From NCBI GenBank assembly GCA_004297215.1, contig SCUM01000001.1, positions 353,181 to 417,180 of the forward strand: 64,000 bases of DNA, given 5' to 3'. The stretch comes from Patescibacteria group bacterium. GTDB taxonomy: Bacteria > Patescibacteriota > Patescibacteriia > UBA9934 > GWF2-40-263. The notes beneath the pieces are model-generated. The model ran no database searches. It saw nothing but the letters and a program-made list of their open reading frames with translations, and was not told where the DNA came from. Shown piece after piece: positions 9,723 to 19,463 of this stretch. Position numbers and translations under genes: made by a program. Positions within the stretch are counted from its first letter, which is position 1, and each line of letters begins with the position of its first letter.

Positions 9723-10499
9723 GTGACCGACACGTCAAAACTCGAGACCAGCAAGCCGGCCTCTGACCTCATCCATGGCCTCTTCACCCCTCTCGCGCGC
9801 AAGCTCGAGATGGTGAGGAACTATCCCGGGGTGACCCAGGAGATGATCGCGGAGGCGCTCGATGAGGCGAATGTCTCTGGACTCCTCGGCCGCTACGAAG
9901 CCGAGAGCCCAGAATATCCGCGGCTCGACGTGGTCGTTACGGTGTACAGGGAGAGCGTCCTGGCAACGTTCCTGTACGCGCGCGATCGGATGCGCGAAGC
10001 CTTCGGTGAAGGATTCTCCCAGTGGGAACATGCCTATGGAGAGGGTGTGGATGAAAACCGCATCCGACTCCTCGAAGGCGTCCCAGATCATCGCAACTGT
10101 GTTCGTATCGAGGTGCTAGACCTCCGCGATTGTTGTGAACCCCAAAAGCGCACTCTGCCCGAAAGAGATGGGTATATGCCTAGCGCGTTCCGTGTGCCGA
10201 GATCGGCCACCTTCGCACCCATCTACGCCGGGGCTCAAAGCCCGAGGTGGGTACGTCAGATGAGCACCGCCGACGACGACGTTCCTTGGGTTATTTGTGG
10301 TGGAATTGAGCTCAATGATCCTTGCCTCGATAAACTGTGGGGAGCCTTGCCGGGTGTCAGGCTCTTTGAGGGGAAAGCTGAACTCTTCGCCATGAAGTGT
10401 GACTGCTGGGTCTATCCCAACTGTGCCATGCCTTCCCTCTGGACACGAGAAACCGTGGGGACCCATCACAGGTATCAGTTTATCTATGGGAAAGGTTGA
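9723..10499 (+). CDS. Hypothetical protein
   Basis: 258-aa ORF with its own promoter and a downstream terminator; no recognised motif. Confidence 0.6.
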   Translation: MTDTSKLETSKPASDLIHGLFTPLARKLEMVRNYPGVTQEMIAEALDEANVSGLLGRYEAESPEYPRLDVVVTVYRESVLATFLYARDRMREAFGEGFSQWEHAYGEGVDENRIRLLEGVPDHRNCVRIEVLDLRDCCEPQKRTLPERDGYMPSAFRVPRSATFAPIYAGAQSPRWVRQMSTADDDVPWVICGGIELNDPCLDKLWGALPGVRLFEGKAELFAMKCDCWVYPNCAMPSLWTRETVGTHHRYQFIYGKG

Positions 10500-10582
10500 T
10501 CTCTTCACCTACGAATGTGACCGCTGTCTCTATGACGGCCACGCTTTGCCTCCCCTCCGGGAGTGAGCGTTGGCACAGGGAT

Positions 10583-10640
10583 GCTCGGAACTCGAAATCC
10601 TCGGTCTTCGGACCTTAGATCTCAGTTCCGGGCTTTTTTA
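10583..10640 (+). terminator. Terminator hairpin with internal UUCG stem
   Basis: gctcggaact...agttccgggc followed by tttttt. Confidence 0.6.
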
Positions 10641-10645
10641 CATAC

Positions 10646-10921
10646 TCAAAGATATATTTCGCGCCGATGTCCGATCTTTACGATCTCGATGCGTTTCGCT
10701 GATGCGTTCACGATGCCGATGAGACGGTAATCCCCGACCCGGAACCTGACGTCACCCGCGGCCGGCTCGCGCAGGCGCTTCGCGAACGCGGACGGATTCG
10801 ACTGTTTCCCGAGCCAGACGAGCTTGTGCACGATGCGGCGCGCGACGGCGTGGTCGAGACTCCGCAGGTCCTTCTCGGCCTGCGTGGTCAGGACCAGCTT
10901 AAATGCCATAGGCCTTGGCAA
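10646..10921 (-). CDS. RelE/ParE family toxin
   Basis: AEKDLRSL, RFRVGDYRLI and IGHRREIY motifs; true start may be a few codons downstream. Confidence 0.9.
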   Translation of the reverse strand: MPRPMAFKLVLTTQAEKDLRSLDHAVARRIVHKLVWLGKQSNPSAFAKRLREPAAGDVRFRVGDYRLIGIVNASAKRIEIVKIGHRREIYL

Positions 10922-11177
10922 GATCGGCGATGGAAACGATCTCTCCCTTCTTCAATCCTTGTCGCGCCTTCTTCACGCGTGCTCGCAACGTGCGGCTCGA
11001 CGCGGCTTCCAGGTCTTCGAGCAGCTCGTCCATCTCCGCACTGGAGAAGAAGAATCCGAGCGTGGTGCTCCCGCGCATCACGCGCGTGACGTCCCGAAGG
11101 GTCTTGGAAGGATTCTTCTGGACATCGCGGATCGAGGCGACGTGTTCCTTTGCCAACAGCTGGTAGACCTTTGCCAT
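10899..11177 (-). CDS. Putative antitoxin (Phd/YefM-like)
   Basis: 92 aa, overlaps the toxin start; SIRDVQKNPS and acidic ELLEDLE segment. Confidence 0.7.
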   Translation of the reverse strand: MAKVYQLLAKEHVASIRDVQKNPSKTLRDVTRVMRGSTTLGFFFSSAEMDELLEDLEAASSRTLRARVKKARQGLKKGEIVSIADLAKAYGI

Positions 11178-11226
11178 ATCGTATGTAGATTATTACATAC
11201 TTTATATCGCGGCGCAGAACCGTCCG

Positions 11227-12243
11227 TCAAGCCCGTTTCAAGATCCTCACGACCCCCTTCTCCGCGTCCACTTCCACCTCATCGCCATCTTTCAGAACTT
11301 TCGTCGCGACCTTGGTGCCGATGATGCACGGCTTCTTGAGTTCACGCGATACGATGGCGGCGTGGCAGGTGATGCCGCCCTCATCGGTGACGAACGCGGC
11401 GGCACGGCGCATCGCTGGAAGGAAATCCGGGGTGGTCATCGTGGAAACGAGGATTTCCCCTTCTTGGACGGATGCTACTTGCTCACGCTTCTTCAAGACA
11501 CGGACCCTGCCGCTCACCTTCCCTTTCTGCGCGATCTGCCCTTTGAGCTCCCCGGCCATTTGCGCTTCCTTCGCAGGGTCGACCAAGACGATATCCGTAT
11601 GATCCTGCACGTACTCATGGAGGGAAATGGCCCCTTGCGGAATACCGTCGACGAACAGGTACTTCTCGCGCCGAGCGCGAAGGGTCGCCGGGTCGATACC
11701 AGCTGCAAGGTCTGCCATGGTGACGTACCAGGTGAGATCCTCGTTCCCCGGCAGCAAGGCCGCCAGCGTCTTTTGGATATAAATTTCAGCGTCCACGAAA
11801 AACGTGTCGCGGGCGCGCAACTCCAACGCCAGGTCACGAGCGGATTGGAGCGAATCCTCGCTGGTAATCACGTAAAACAGCGCGAGCCAATTTGCGAGAG
11901 CGACGCGCGTCTTTTGCAGCGTACCCTTGAATCCCGCGACGGTCGTCTCGGGTATTGCCCAAATCGACATCAGTTCGGACAATTGCCCTTGATACTCGGC
12001 GACCTTCGAGCGCACGAGTTCCAGGTCTTGTCCGTACGCGCGCCCCGCATTCGCGACGATCCAGGTATTCGCCTCCTTGCGTACCCAGATTTCAATGATG
12101 CCATCCGCGCAATCGATGAGCAGCGCCGGGCGCGGAACGGCCGTGTCCCCGAACTTCTCCGGGACATCCACCAAGAAAGTCTGCATCCAGACTTCCTGCA
12201 CGATTAAGGTTGATTGACGGCTATACAGCTTCTCGAAGGTCAT
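11227..12243 (-). CDS. Unknown N-terminal domain + PEP-utilising phospho-His swivel domain
   Basis: ILVSTMTTPDF...DEGGITCHAAIVSRELKKPC; start at MTFEK. Confidence 0.88.
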   Translation of the reverse strand: MTFEKLYSRQSTLIVQEVWMQTFLVDVPEKFGDTAVPRPALLIDCADGIIEIWVRKEANTWIVANAGRAYGQDLELVRSKVAEYQGQLSELMSIWAIPETTVAGFKGTLQKTRVALANWLALFYVITSEDSLQSARDLALELRARDTFFVDAEIYIQKTLAALLPGNEDLTWYVTMADLAAGIDPATLRARREKYLFVDGIPQGAISLHEYVQDHTDIVLVDPAKEAQMAGELKGQIAQKGKVSGRVRVLKKREQVASVQEGEILVSTMTTPDFLPAMRRAAAFVTDEGGITCHAAIVSRELKKPCIIGTKVATKVLKDGDEVEVDAEKGVVRILKRA

Positions 12244-12275
12244 AATTCTACGTCCCTTCAGGCACGCTTCAATCC

Positions 12276-13223
12276 TCACGACCCGCTTAGCGTCGTGATC
12301 GGCCGGCTTTGGACGATGTAAAACGTCCCGCCCTCCATGGCCCATTCGATGTCGCACGGGAAACCGTAATGTGCCTCGATGCGCTGGCAGATTCCGCCGA
12401 TGTCGCGGATCTGATCGGGAGAGATCTTTTGCGCGTTTTTCTTTTCCGCTGGCACGGGGATCTTCTCATTCCCGCCGGTCGAGCGCACCATCATGAGTTC
12501 CTGCTCGGACACGTTCACGTCGATGAGCGACTTGTCGGTCTTGTCGACGACGTACGAATCCGGCGTCACCTGCCCGCCCACGATCATCTCCCCCAGGCCC
12601 CAAGCCGCCTCGATGATCATCTGGTTGCGGTCCTCCGTCACGGGGTGGACCGTGAAGGTGATGCCGGACACCTCGGACTGCACCATCTTCTGCACCACGA
12701 CGGCCACCGACACGTGCGTGTCCACCATCCCCTTTTCGTTGCGGTACACGATGGCGCGTGGGGTGAACAATGATGCCCAGCAGCGCTTCACGTTCACGAG
12801 CAGCGTCTCGTGCGTCGTGTTGAGGTAGCTCTCCAGCTCCCCGGCCCAGCTGGCGACGGAAGAGTCTTCGGCTGTGGCGGACGAACGGACCGCGACGAAC
12901 TCGGCACCGAGCGCGGCGAACGACGCCTCGATTTCTTTCCCGAGGTCCTCGGGAAACTTCGCGTCATGAATGAGGTCATGCAGCACGCGCGACGCACGGT
13001 CTACGGAAGCCACGTCCTCGTAGTTCACCTTGGCGAGCTGCGCCTTCACTTCCTGGGTCAGGTCCGTCTCCTCAAGAAACCGATCGAACGATTCCGCGAC
13101 GACGACAAATCCCGGCGGCACCGGGATGCCGGCTTTCGTCATCTCCCCAAGCGACGCCCCCTTGCCTCCCGCTTCGCCGACATTTTCCTTTCCGAGCTGT
13201 TCGAACGGTTTCACGAAAGGCAT
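12276..13223 (-). CDS. Standalone PEP/pyruvate-binding (PPDK_N, ATP-grasp) domain protein
   Basis: GGKGASLGEM, VPPGF, AVRSSATAED, DIEWA and QSRPIT motifs; protein ends after this domain. Confidence 0.93.
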   Translation of the reverse strand: MPFVKPFEQLGKENVGEAGGKGASLGEMTKAGIPVPPGFVVVAESFDRFLEETDLTQEVKAQLAKVNYEDVASVDRASRVLHDLIHDAKFPEDLGKEIEASFAALGAEFVAVRSSATAEDSSVASWAGELESYLNTTHETLLVNVKRCWASLFTPRAIVYRNEKGMVDTHVSVAVVVQKMVQSEVSGITFTVHPVTEDRNQMIIEAAWGLGEMIVGGQVTPDSYVVDKTDKSLIDVNVSEQELMMVRSTGGNEKIPVPAEKKNAQKISPDQIRDIGGICQRIEAHYGFPCDIEWAMEGGTFYIVQSRPITTLSGS

Positions 13224-13227
13224 ATGA

Positions 13228-14670
13228 TCAGGCTCGTTTCAAGATTGTCACGATTCCCTTCTCCGCGTCCACCTCTACCTCATCGCCGTCCTTGAGCACC
13301 TTGGTCGCGATCTTCGTGCCGATGATGCAGGGTATTTTCAACTCCCGCGATAAGATTGCCGCATGGCAGGTGATGCCGCCTTCGTTGGTGACGATAGCGA
13401 CGCACTTACGGAGAAACTGCATGAAATCCGGCGAGGTCATGGAGATTGCCAGGACGAACGGCTCATCGGGTACTGCCTCCTTCGGATGCGCAACGACCCG
13501 CACGATTCCCCTTGCCTTCCCCCTGAACGCGACCTGTCCACGCACTTGATCATGTTTTCCCTCATCGGTTCTAACAGCATCGAAAATTTTTTTTGCGTTT
13601 TCACCGACCACGTAACTGCCCTTTTTCCCGTTTTCCCAATACACGAGCAAGCCACCGTCTCGCCTTGCACCAAGCAGGTCCTTGTACGTCTTGTCCTGCA
13701 GTTTCGCCAGCGTCAGTTCGCCAGCATACGAATATTTCAACGCGTCGTGGCTGACATCAAATTTTTCCGCCAACCCGCCTAGCGCCCAGTCGATTAACGC
13801 GAACAGCCGCTGTTCGTAAGCCATGCGCTCGTCGCGGTTGTACTGACAATACCCAAAGAGCGAGAAAATGTTCCGTTCCTGCGTGTTTGCGCCGAGCTTT
13901 TTCAAGATGGCCTGTTTGGCCTTCGCCAATACCTTCTGTTCCTTCGGGTTGAATTTCTGTGCAGCTTCGGCATCCCTCAGCACGTCCTCAGCCGAGTACT
14001 CGACGTACCCGTTGAAATTCGACTTGGCATACGCGAACGCGCGTGCCAACCGCTCGGCGGCCTTCCTTTTGTTGACGGCCCGGCGTATTTTTTTCGAAAT
14101 AACGATTTGCCGTTTTACCGTTTCGGAAATTTCCGAACTATGGAAAAGGGTTGAAAAATGTGCCTGCCGTTGATCCAGCGGGACACGCTTCTGCTCCAAC
14201 CACCAGTTCGTCCAGTCGGTCGCCATGTCCCCGATCATGGCTGCCAATGGCGAAACCGCCCAAATGTCTTCCAACACCCGCTGGCACTCGTGAACCAATT
14301 CGACCAATTGCTCTCCAGACAGCATGGAGAAGGCTTTGCCGCCGTATCGATGCCACAAGCGATCGGATTGCGCTTTGACCTTGTCCCAACGCCGAAGATA
14401 CATTCTGAAGTTTTTTCCCGACAAGAAATAATCCAGTACGGAATATCCGAACATGCGGACGTTCAGTTTGATGAAGGATGTCTCTCCCTGGTATAGCCAA
14501 TATCCATCCGCGAACAGGAGGGAAAAGCGGTAGTAACGCTCGATGTGCTGATCGGCCCATACCTTCATGTAAGGATCCAGAAACGCTGGCGTCCCCGGCC
14601 TCTGAGCGACGAGCCATGTCTTGGATTCGGGCAAAGGCGGATGCGGATAGGAAAATCGTACGGGATTCAT
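13228..14670 (-). CDS. Unknown helical N-terminal domain + PEP-utilising phospho-His swivel domain
   Basis: MTSPDF...NEGGITCHAAILSRELKIPC. Confidence 0.88.
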   Translation of the reverse strand: MNPVRFSYPHPPLPESKTWLVAQRPGTPAFLDPYMKVWADQHIERYYRFSLLFADGYWLYQGETSFIKLNVRMFGYSVLDYFLSGKNFRMYLRRWDKVKAQSDRLWHRYGGKAFSMLSGEQLVELVHECQRVLEDIWAVSPLAAMIGDMATDWTNWWLEQKRVPLDQRQAHFSTLFHSSEISETVKRQIVISKKIRRAVNKRKAAERLARAFAYAKSNFNGYVEYSAEDVLRDAEAAQKFNPKEQKVLAKAKQAILKKLGANTQERNIFSLFGYCQYNRDERMAYEQRLFALIDWALGGLAEKFDVSHDALKYSYAGELTLAKLQDKTYKDLLGARRDGGLLVYWENGKKGSYVVGENAKKIFDAVRTDEGKHDQVRGQVAFRGKARGIVRVVAHPKEAVPDEPFVLAISMTSPDFMQFLRKCVAIVTNEGGITCHAAILSRELKIPCIIGTKIATKVLKDGDEVEVDAEKGIVTILKRA

Positions 14671-15443
14671 ACACGCATATTCGCCTCTACGAGAGAGAGC
14701 GGGGCCGGTATTTCGTCCTCTCTGTCGTAATGCGTGCGGCCATTGAGCGCCACATCAAGCGCAACTAAGCTCGACATGTGGCCTACGCCGTAAAAGAAGA
14801 TGGGGAGTCCCTCATTCGCGTGCACGACCTCTTTTAATTTCAGCACCTCCTCACGCAACTGCGCTGCCCTCTTCTTCAAGATTGAGTCCTCACGAGCAAG
14901 ATCCTGATTGACCGCAGTAAAAAATAATTCCATCTCCCGTGCATGGCCTTTTCCTCCTCCCGCACTCGAGATATATTGGCTCAACTCCTTATCGTCTTCC
15001 TGGTCTTGCTGCGCGATCCGCTGCATGAGTTGCAACATGCCTGGAGCTTCTTTGGGCATGTCGGACGTTCCCGTCGTCCGGATTCCCATATCCGTCGTCG
15101 ACTCCCCTATCGTGTCCGTATAAATCTGCTTGGTCCCGCTTTCACGGATATGGTCTTCCAATGATTCTAGGATATATTCCGCTGTGAAACGCGTACGCGG
15201 ATAGTTCGTGGTCGAAAAAATCACGAGCGCGCGTTCGGGAAGCGATGAAAAAATATCTTGTGCAAGTGTTTCCATCTTCTCGAGACTGCGATAGGTAACC
15301 TCTGGATCAGAAATGTGCAGACGCTCGCAGATTTCCTTCCATCTCGCCTGCTGTTTGCCTGTTAAGCCGGACGCCTCAACGGTTGACCGTTCCTCCCCGG
15401 CTTTCATCTTTTCCCCGTGCCTGATAAGTGAGAATCTTTCCAT
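14667..15443 (-). CDS. Histidine phosphatase superfamily-like protein
   Basis: LIRHGEK at N-terminus, STTNYPRTRFTA and GVGH motifs; ATGA overlap with the next gene. Confidence 0.7.
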   Translation of the reverse strand: MERFSLIRHGEKMKAGEERSTVEASGLTGKQQARWKEICERLHISDPEVTYRSLEKMETLAQDIFSSLPERALVIFSTTNYPRTRFTAEYILESLEDHIRESGTKQIYTDTIGESTTDMGIRTTGTSDMPKEAPGMLQLMQRIAQQDQEDDKELSQYISSAGGGKGHAREMELFFTAVNQDLAREDSILKKRAAQLREEVLKLKEVVHANEGLPIFFYGVGHMSSLVALDVALNGRTHYDREDEIPAPLSLVEANMRV

Positions 15444-15462
15444 ATAATCAAGGATGTTATCG

Positions 15463-15491
15463 AAAAACCGCCCTATTTACAAGGGCGGTTT
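15463..15491 (-). terminator. Intrinsic terminator ACCGCCCT/AGGGCGGT
   Basis: Same stem as the 7380-7410 hairpin. Confidence 0.7.
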
Positions 15492-15507
15492 GGCCGTTGC
15501 GAGTATC

Positions 15508-16188
15508 TTACTTCTCGCTCGTGAGGTCCTTGCGGAGCTGCTCGAGCACGCGGTGCGCATGCTCCTTGCCGCCCAGGCCGAACGCGAGGCCGCCGGCGAG
15601 CGCGAGCATGGCCACCAGGCCCGTGAACAGCGTGTTGATGATGGCCGTCGCGATCTGCAGCTGCACCAGGGCGGCCATGAAGCTGAACACCACGATCGCC
15701 CACTTGGCGAGGCCGGCGAGGAAATCCGCCGAGGCGAGCTGGGCCGCTTCCACGGCGCTTTTCACCACCGAGCGGACGAAGTTGCCGAGCAGGATTCCGG
15801 CCAAGAGGATGACCACGGCGATGATGACGTTCGGGATGTAGATCACCACCTGCTTCAAGTAATCCGTGATCTGCTCCCAGCCGAGGATGTCGGTGGCCGC
15901 GATGAGGGACACGATGATGAAGAACCAGCGCACGATCCAGGCGAGCAGGCGGCCCACGTGCAGGCGCAGCCCGACGCGTTCGAGCGCGGCCTTGAGCTCA
16001 AGCTTGGACACGAGTTCGTCGAGCCGCAGCAGCTCCACCGCCTTAAGCACCACATGGCTTAGGATGGCGGCCACCACGAGGCCGGCCACGAACACGACCG
16101 CGGCCGCCAGGACGTTTGGCAACGCCAGGGTGATGTTCGTCCACACGCTTAGGAGGGTTTCTTGGAACACGTTGACCGTCGGGTTCAT
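15508..16188 (-). CDS. TM-helix-repeat membrane protein (MscS/CmpX-like)
   Basis: LPNVLAA and YIPNVIIA repeats; GLAFGLGGK. Confidence 0.85.
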   Translation of the reverse strand: MNPTVNVFQETLLSVWTNITLALPNVLAAAVVFVAGLVVAAILSHVVLKAVELLRLDELVSKLELKAALERVGLRLHVGRLLAWIVRWFFIIVSLIAATDILGWEQITDYLKQVVIYIPNVIIAVVILLAGILLGNFVRSVVKSAVEAAQLASADFLAGLAKWAIVVFSFMAALVQLQIATAIINTLFTGLVAMLALAGGLAFGLGGKEHAHRVLEQLRKDLTSEK

Positions 16189-16204
16189 ACGTTGGGCTTA
16201 GGGA

Positions 16205-16636
16205 TTAGGAGTTTGATATATAGGGTATAACGTTTGAGGATTTGGGCAAGGTGATGTTGGGGGGTCGGTCATACACAGGGCTTACGAATCCAACACCCGG
16301 TGTTGGACGGTTGAACGCCCCTGAACCCATCAATTGTTCAAGGCTCTTTTTTTCCTCATTCGCGATGCCGAACACGGGAATGTTCCGCGCAAACGCGATC
16401 GCGTTCGCGATCGTCACGGACATGCGGCTTGCCGTGAAGGCCCCCGGACCCGTCACGACGCACACGCGGCCCGCATCCGCGAGATCGCACCCCCAGGAGG
16501 CCAGCGTCTCGTCGATGGCCGCGAGATACCGCTCCGGTTCGGCTTCCACTTCGGTCGTCCGTGCGAGCTTCCCGTCCTCCATCCATCCGATCGAAATGCG
16601 ACGGATATCCTGAGCAGAAATCACCAAAGACGTCAT
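16205..16636 (-). CDS. tsaB: tRNA threonylcarbamoyladenosine biosynthesis protein TsaB (short form)
   Basis: VVTGPGAFTASR motif; C-terminal PVYDRPPNIT. Confidence 0.8.
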   Translation of the reverse strand: MTSLVISAQDIRRISIGWMEDGKLARTTEVEAEPERYLAAIDETLASWGCDLADAGRVCVVTGPGAFTASRMSVTIANAIAFARNIPVFGIANEEKKSLEQLMGSGAFNRPTPGVGFVSPVYDRPPNITLPKSSNVIPYISNS

Positions 16637-17241
16637 ACGCCGAGCGTATTCACCATCACGATTTTCTCCCCGCCCAAGATGGACATGAGGAACCGGTCGG
16701 CGATCTGCCGGCGGTACAGGAACTCTTCCTTCGGGAGCAGCGTATAGTTCACTTCGTGGCCCAAATCCGCCTCGAACTGGCCGACGACGCGCTGGAGCTC
16801 GGAGGGATCGATGCCGCCGACGATGACGATGTCCGTGGGGACGTCGCTGCGGTCCACGAACCGCCCGGTGAGCGCGAAATACTCGATGCTCCCCTTCTTC
16901 TCCAACTCCTTCACGAGGATCTTCTTCAGGAGCACCTGCATCTTCTTGAACATCCCCCGCAGGTCCTCGAACAGGAGGAAGTCGGCGTTCACGATGTAGT
17001 ACTTCTTCTTCTCGGCGAGCGAGGCTCCCGGCTTGGGGATGGCGCCGACCTTCTCGACCACCAGGCCGAGCTCCACGAGGTTCTTGAGCTCCCGGCGCAC
17101 GGAATTGAGCTGGGCGTCGATCTTCCTGGTAAGCTCGCGGACGAAATAAGAGGTTTCCGGATTCATCAAGAACAGCCCGAGCAGGCGGGCGCGGGTCTTT
17201 GAGCCAAACAGCTGTTCAAGCTTGAACTCGTGCGAAGGCAC
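16633..17241 (-). CDS. Winged-HTH + degenerate nucleotidyltransferase-like protein
   Basis: LFGSKTRARLL...VRELTR...VRRELKNL; GTG start inferred. Confidence 0.75.
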   Translation of the reverse strand: MPSHEFKLEQLFGSKTRARLLGLFLMNPETSYFVRELTRKIDAQLNSVRRELKNLVELGLVVEKVGAIPKPGASLAEKKKYYIVNADFLLFEDLRGMFKKMQVLLKKILVKELEKKGSIEYFALTGRFVDRSDVPTDIVIVGGIDPSELQRVVGQFEADLGHEVNYTLLPKEEFLYRRQIADRFLMSILGGEKIVMVNTLGV

Positions 17242-17318
17242 AGGGAGGACGTTCGTTGCATTGCGACAAGCTCCTTCTCGGGTATAATCCTTGCACACCG
17301 CCTTGAATCGGGCAACCC

Positions 17319-19463
17319 ATGGCTCCCAAGGAATCTTACCTGAAAGCCGGCACGTACGCGGATCCGAGCCCGAGCCCGTCCGCCCCGCGCCTCACCCTTA
17401 CCCCGCTGCACGGACGAGACGGGTTCGCTTTCGCGTTGTGCGTGACCGCGACCAAGCGGCCGTCTCCGGACGCCAACCTCGCGTGCCGCCTGGTGGAGGA
17501 GCATCTGGACCGCCTGGCCGCCTCCTTCGGCATGGGCGACCACCCCCAGCACAGCTTCGAGGCGTTCCTTGGCGCGATGAACGCCGCCATTTCCGAGCTG
17601 GTGCGCACCACCGAGTGGACCCTTCCCATCCGCGACTTCCGGGCGCTCGTGGGGATCGCCTGCGGGTCGGAGATGTACCTCTCCGGCACCGGCGACCTCA
17701 CGGCGATGTTCCTGCACCGCACGCAGGACAACCGTTACCAGGCGTTCAACCTCACCCGCAGCATCCAGACGGAGCAGGCGCTCCCCACCTGGGAAAAGCC
17801 GTTCGCCGTGGTGCTTGACGGGGAGCTGCGCCCCGGCGACGTATTCTGCCTGTCGAGCAAGGAGCTCGCTCCCGCCATCGGCAACGACGAGCTGTGCGGG
17901 GTGCTCTCCTCGCTCCCGCCCATCGGGGCAGCCGCGAGGATCCGCCAGTATTTTGCCTTCAACGACGTGCTTTCCATCCTGGTGCTGCGCGCGCAGGCCG
18001 AAGAGGCGGCGCCGGCCGTGGAGCAGGCCAAGCCCCGCTCCGAGGTGTCGCTCGACCGGCTGGTGGAATCGCGCGAGCGGACCGACCGCCTCATCGAGGA
18101 CCAGGCGCCGCGCGGAAGCGCGCTGTTCGCCCTGGCCCGCCGTCTCCTGCGCCCCCGCGCCCCGGAAGAGCCCGGCATGCCGCGCCCGGCGGGATGGCTG
18201 CGACGCGCCGCGCGCTCCGCCTCCCGCGCCGCCCTCTCCCTCGTCGGACACACGGCCGCAAACGCGCCGCGCGGGGACGCCCGGGCGCGCATCGTGCGCG
18301 AGCCTAAGGAGCGGATGGGCGAACGGGTGAGCGGACTCGTCCTGCGCCTGCGAGACCTGCCCAGGACGAGCCGGAGGCTCGCGATCGCGGCCTTCTGCGT
18401 GCTCGCGGCGCTTAGCATCAGCCTCGCGGCGCTGTCGCGAACGCAGGCGAGACGCGAGGTCCAGGAGGCGTTTAACGAGCGTATGCGCGCCGTGGAAGAG
18501 CTGCGCGACCAGGCGGCAGCCGCGGCGATCTATCGCGACGAGGACCGCGCCCGGCTCCTCTACGGCGAGGCGCTTGCGGACCTTCGCGAACTCGCGCTCG
18601 ACACGCCGGAGCGGCGGGAGGCCGGACGGCGCATCGAGCAGGACGTGACGGCGGCGCTCGACCGGCTGCGCCGCGTGGTGCGCCTGCCGGATCCTCCCCG
18701 GATCGCTTCGGCCCTGGACGCCCGGGCGGTCGTCGGCGACGGGACGCATCTCTACCTGTTTGGCGCCGACAAGGGCATCCTGCGGGTGAATCCATCCTCC
18801 GGCGCCGCGGAACCCCTGCCCGTTCCCGCCTCGGCCGTGGGCGTCGCCTTGAAGGCGTCCGTCGAGGACGCAACCGTGGCGTTCCTCGACGACCGTCCGG
18901 GCGTGTCAGAGCTCGTCCTGTCCGACGCCCAGATGAAGGTCACCTCCCTTGCCCCGGCCGCGGACGCCGCCTGGAAGGACCTCACGGCATACGGCGGACG
19001 CCTCTACGTCCTTTCCGTGTCGCTCGGCGACGCGCAGGTGCTGAAGTTCCCGAGCACCACGTCGGGATTCGGGCAGCCGAGCGGATGGATCCGCTCCAAG
19101 ACCTCTTCGCTCGCCGACGCGCGCGGCCTTGCCGTGGACGGATACGTGTACGTGCTCACGGGGAGCGACCTCCTGCGCTTCGTGAACGGAGGGGAATCCG
19201 GCTGGGACCTGCGGGGGGCGGAGCCCGCCATGGCCGACGCGCAGGACGTCTGGACCTCGTTCGAAAGCGAGCGGCTGTACGTGCTCGAGCCTTCGCAGCG
19301 CCGCGTCCTCGTGTTCGCCAAGGAAGACGGGACGCTCCTCGCCCAATACGTCGCTGACGCGTTCGCGCAATCACGCGACCTGTTCGTGGACGAGAAGGAA
19401 GGCACCATCTATGTGCTCACGGGCGATGCGCTCTACGGCTTCCGCCCCACGGCGCAGCCATAA
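17319..19463 (+). CDS. Membrane protein: PP2C-like N-terminal domain, TM, beta-propeller-like C-terminus
   Basis: GELRPGDVFCLSS, central hydrophobic helix, repeated LYVL/VYVL strands; domain calls are inference. Confidence 0.7.
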   Translation: MAPKESYLKAGTYADPSPSPSAPRLTLTPLHGRDGFAFALCVTATKRPSPDANLACRLVEEHLDRLAASFGMGDHPQHSFEAFLGAMNAAISELVRTTEWTLPIRDFRALVGIACGSEMYLSGTGDLTAMFLHRTQDNRYQAFNLTRSIQTEQALPTWEKPFAVVLDGELRPGDVFCLSSKELAPAIGNDELCGVLSSLPPIGAAARIRQYFAFNDVLSILVLRAQAEEAAPAVEQAKPRSEVSLDRLVESRERTDRLIEDQAPRGSALFALARRLLRPRAPEEPGMPRPAGWLRRAARSASRAALSLVGHTAANAPRGDARARIVREPKERMGERVSGLVLRLRDLPRTSRRLAIAAFCVLAALSISLAALSRTQARREVQEAFNERMRAVEELRDQAAAAAIYRDEDRARLLYGEALADLRELALDTPERREAGRRIEQDVTAALDRLRRVVRLPDPPRIASALDARAVVGDGTHLYLFGADKGILRVNPSSGAAEPLPVPASAVGVALKASVEDATVAFLDDRPGVSELVLSDAQMKVTSLAPAADAAWKDLTAYGGRLYVLSVSLGDAQVLKFPSTTSGFGQPSGWIRSKTSSLADARGLAVDGYVYVLTGSDLLRFVNGGESGWDLRGAEPAMADAQDVWTSFESERLYVLEPSQRRVLVFAKEDGTLLAQYVADAFAQSRDLFVDEKEGTIYVLTGDALYGFRPTAQP

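Noticed and set aside
12276-14670. Frameshifted ppsA pseudogene
   Set aside because: Each ORF is intact with its own start and stop, the domain order does not rebuild PpsA, and the C-terminal catalytic barrel is absent.
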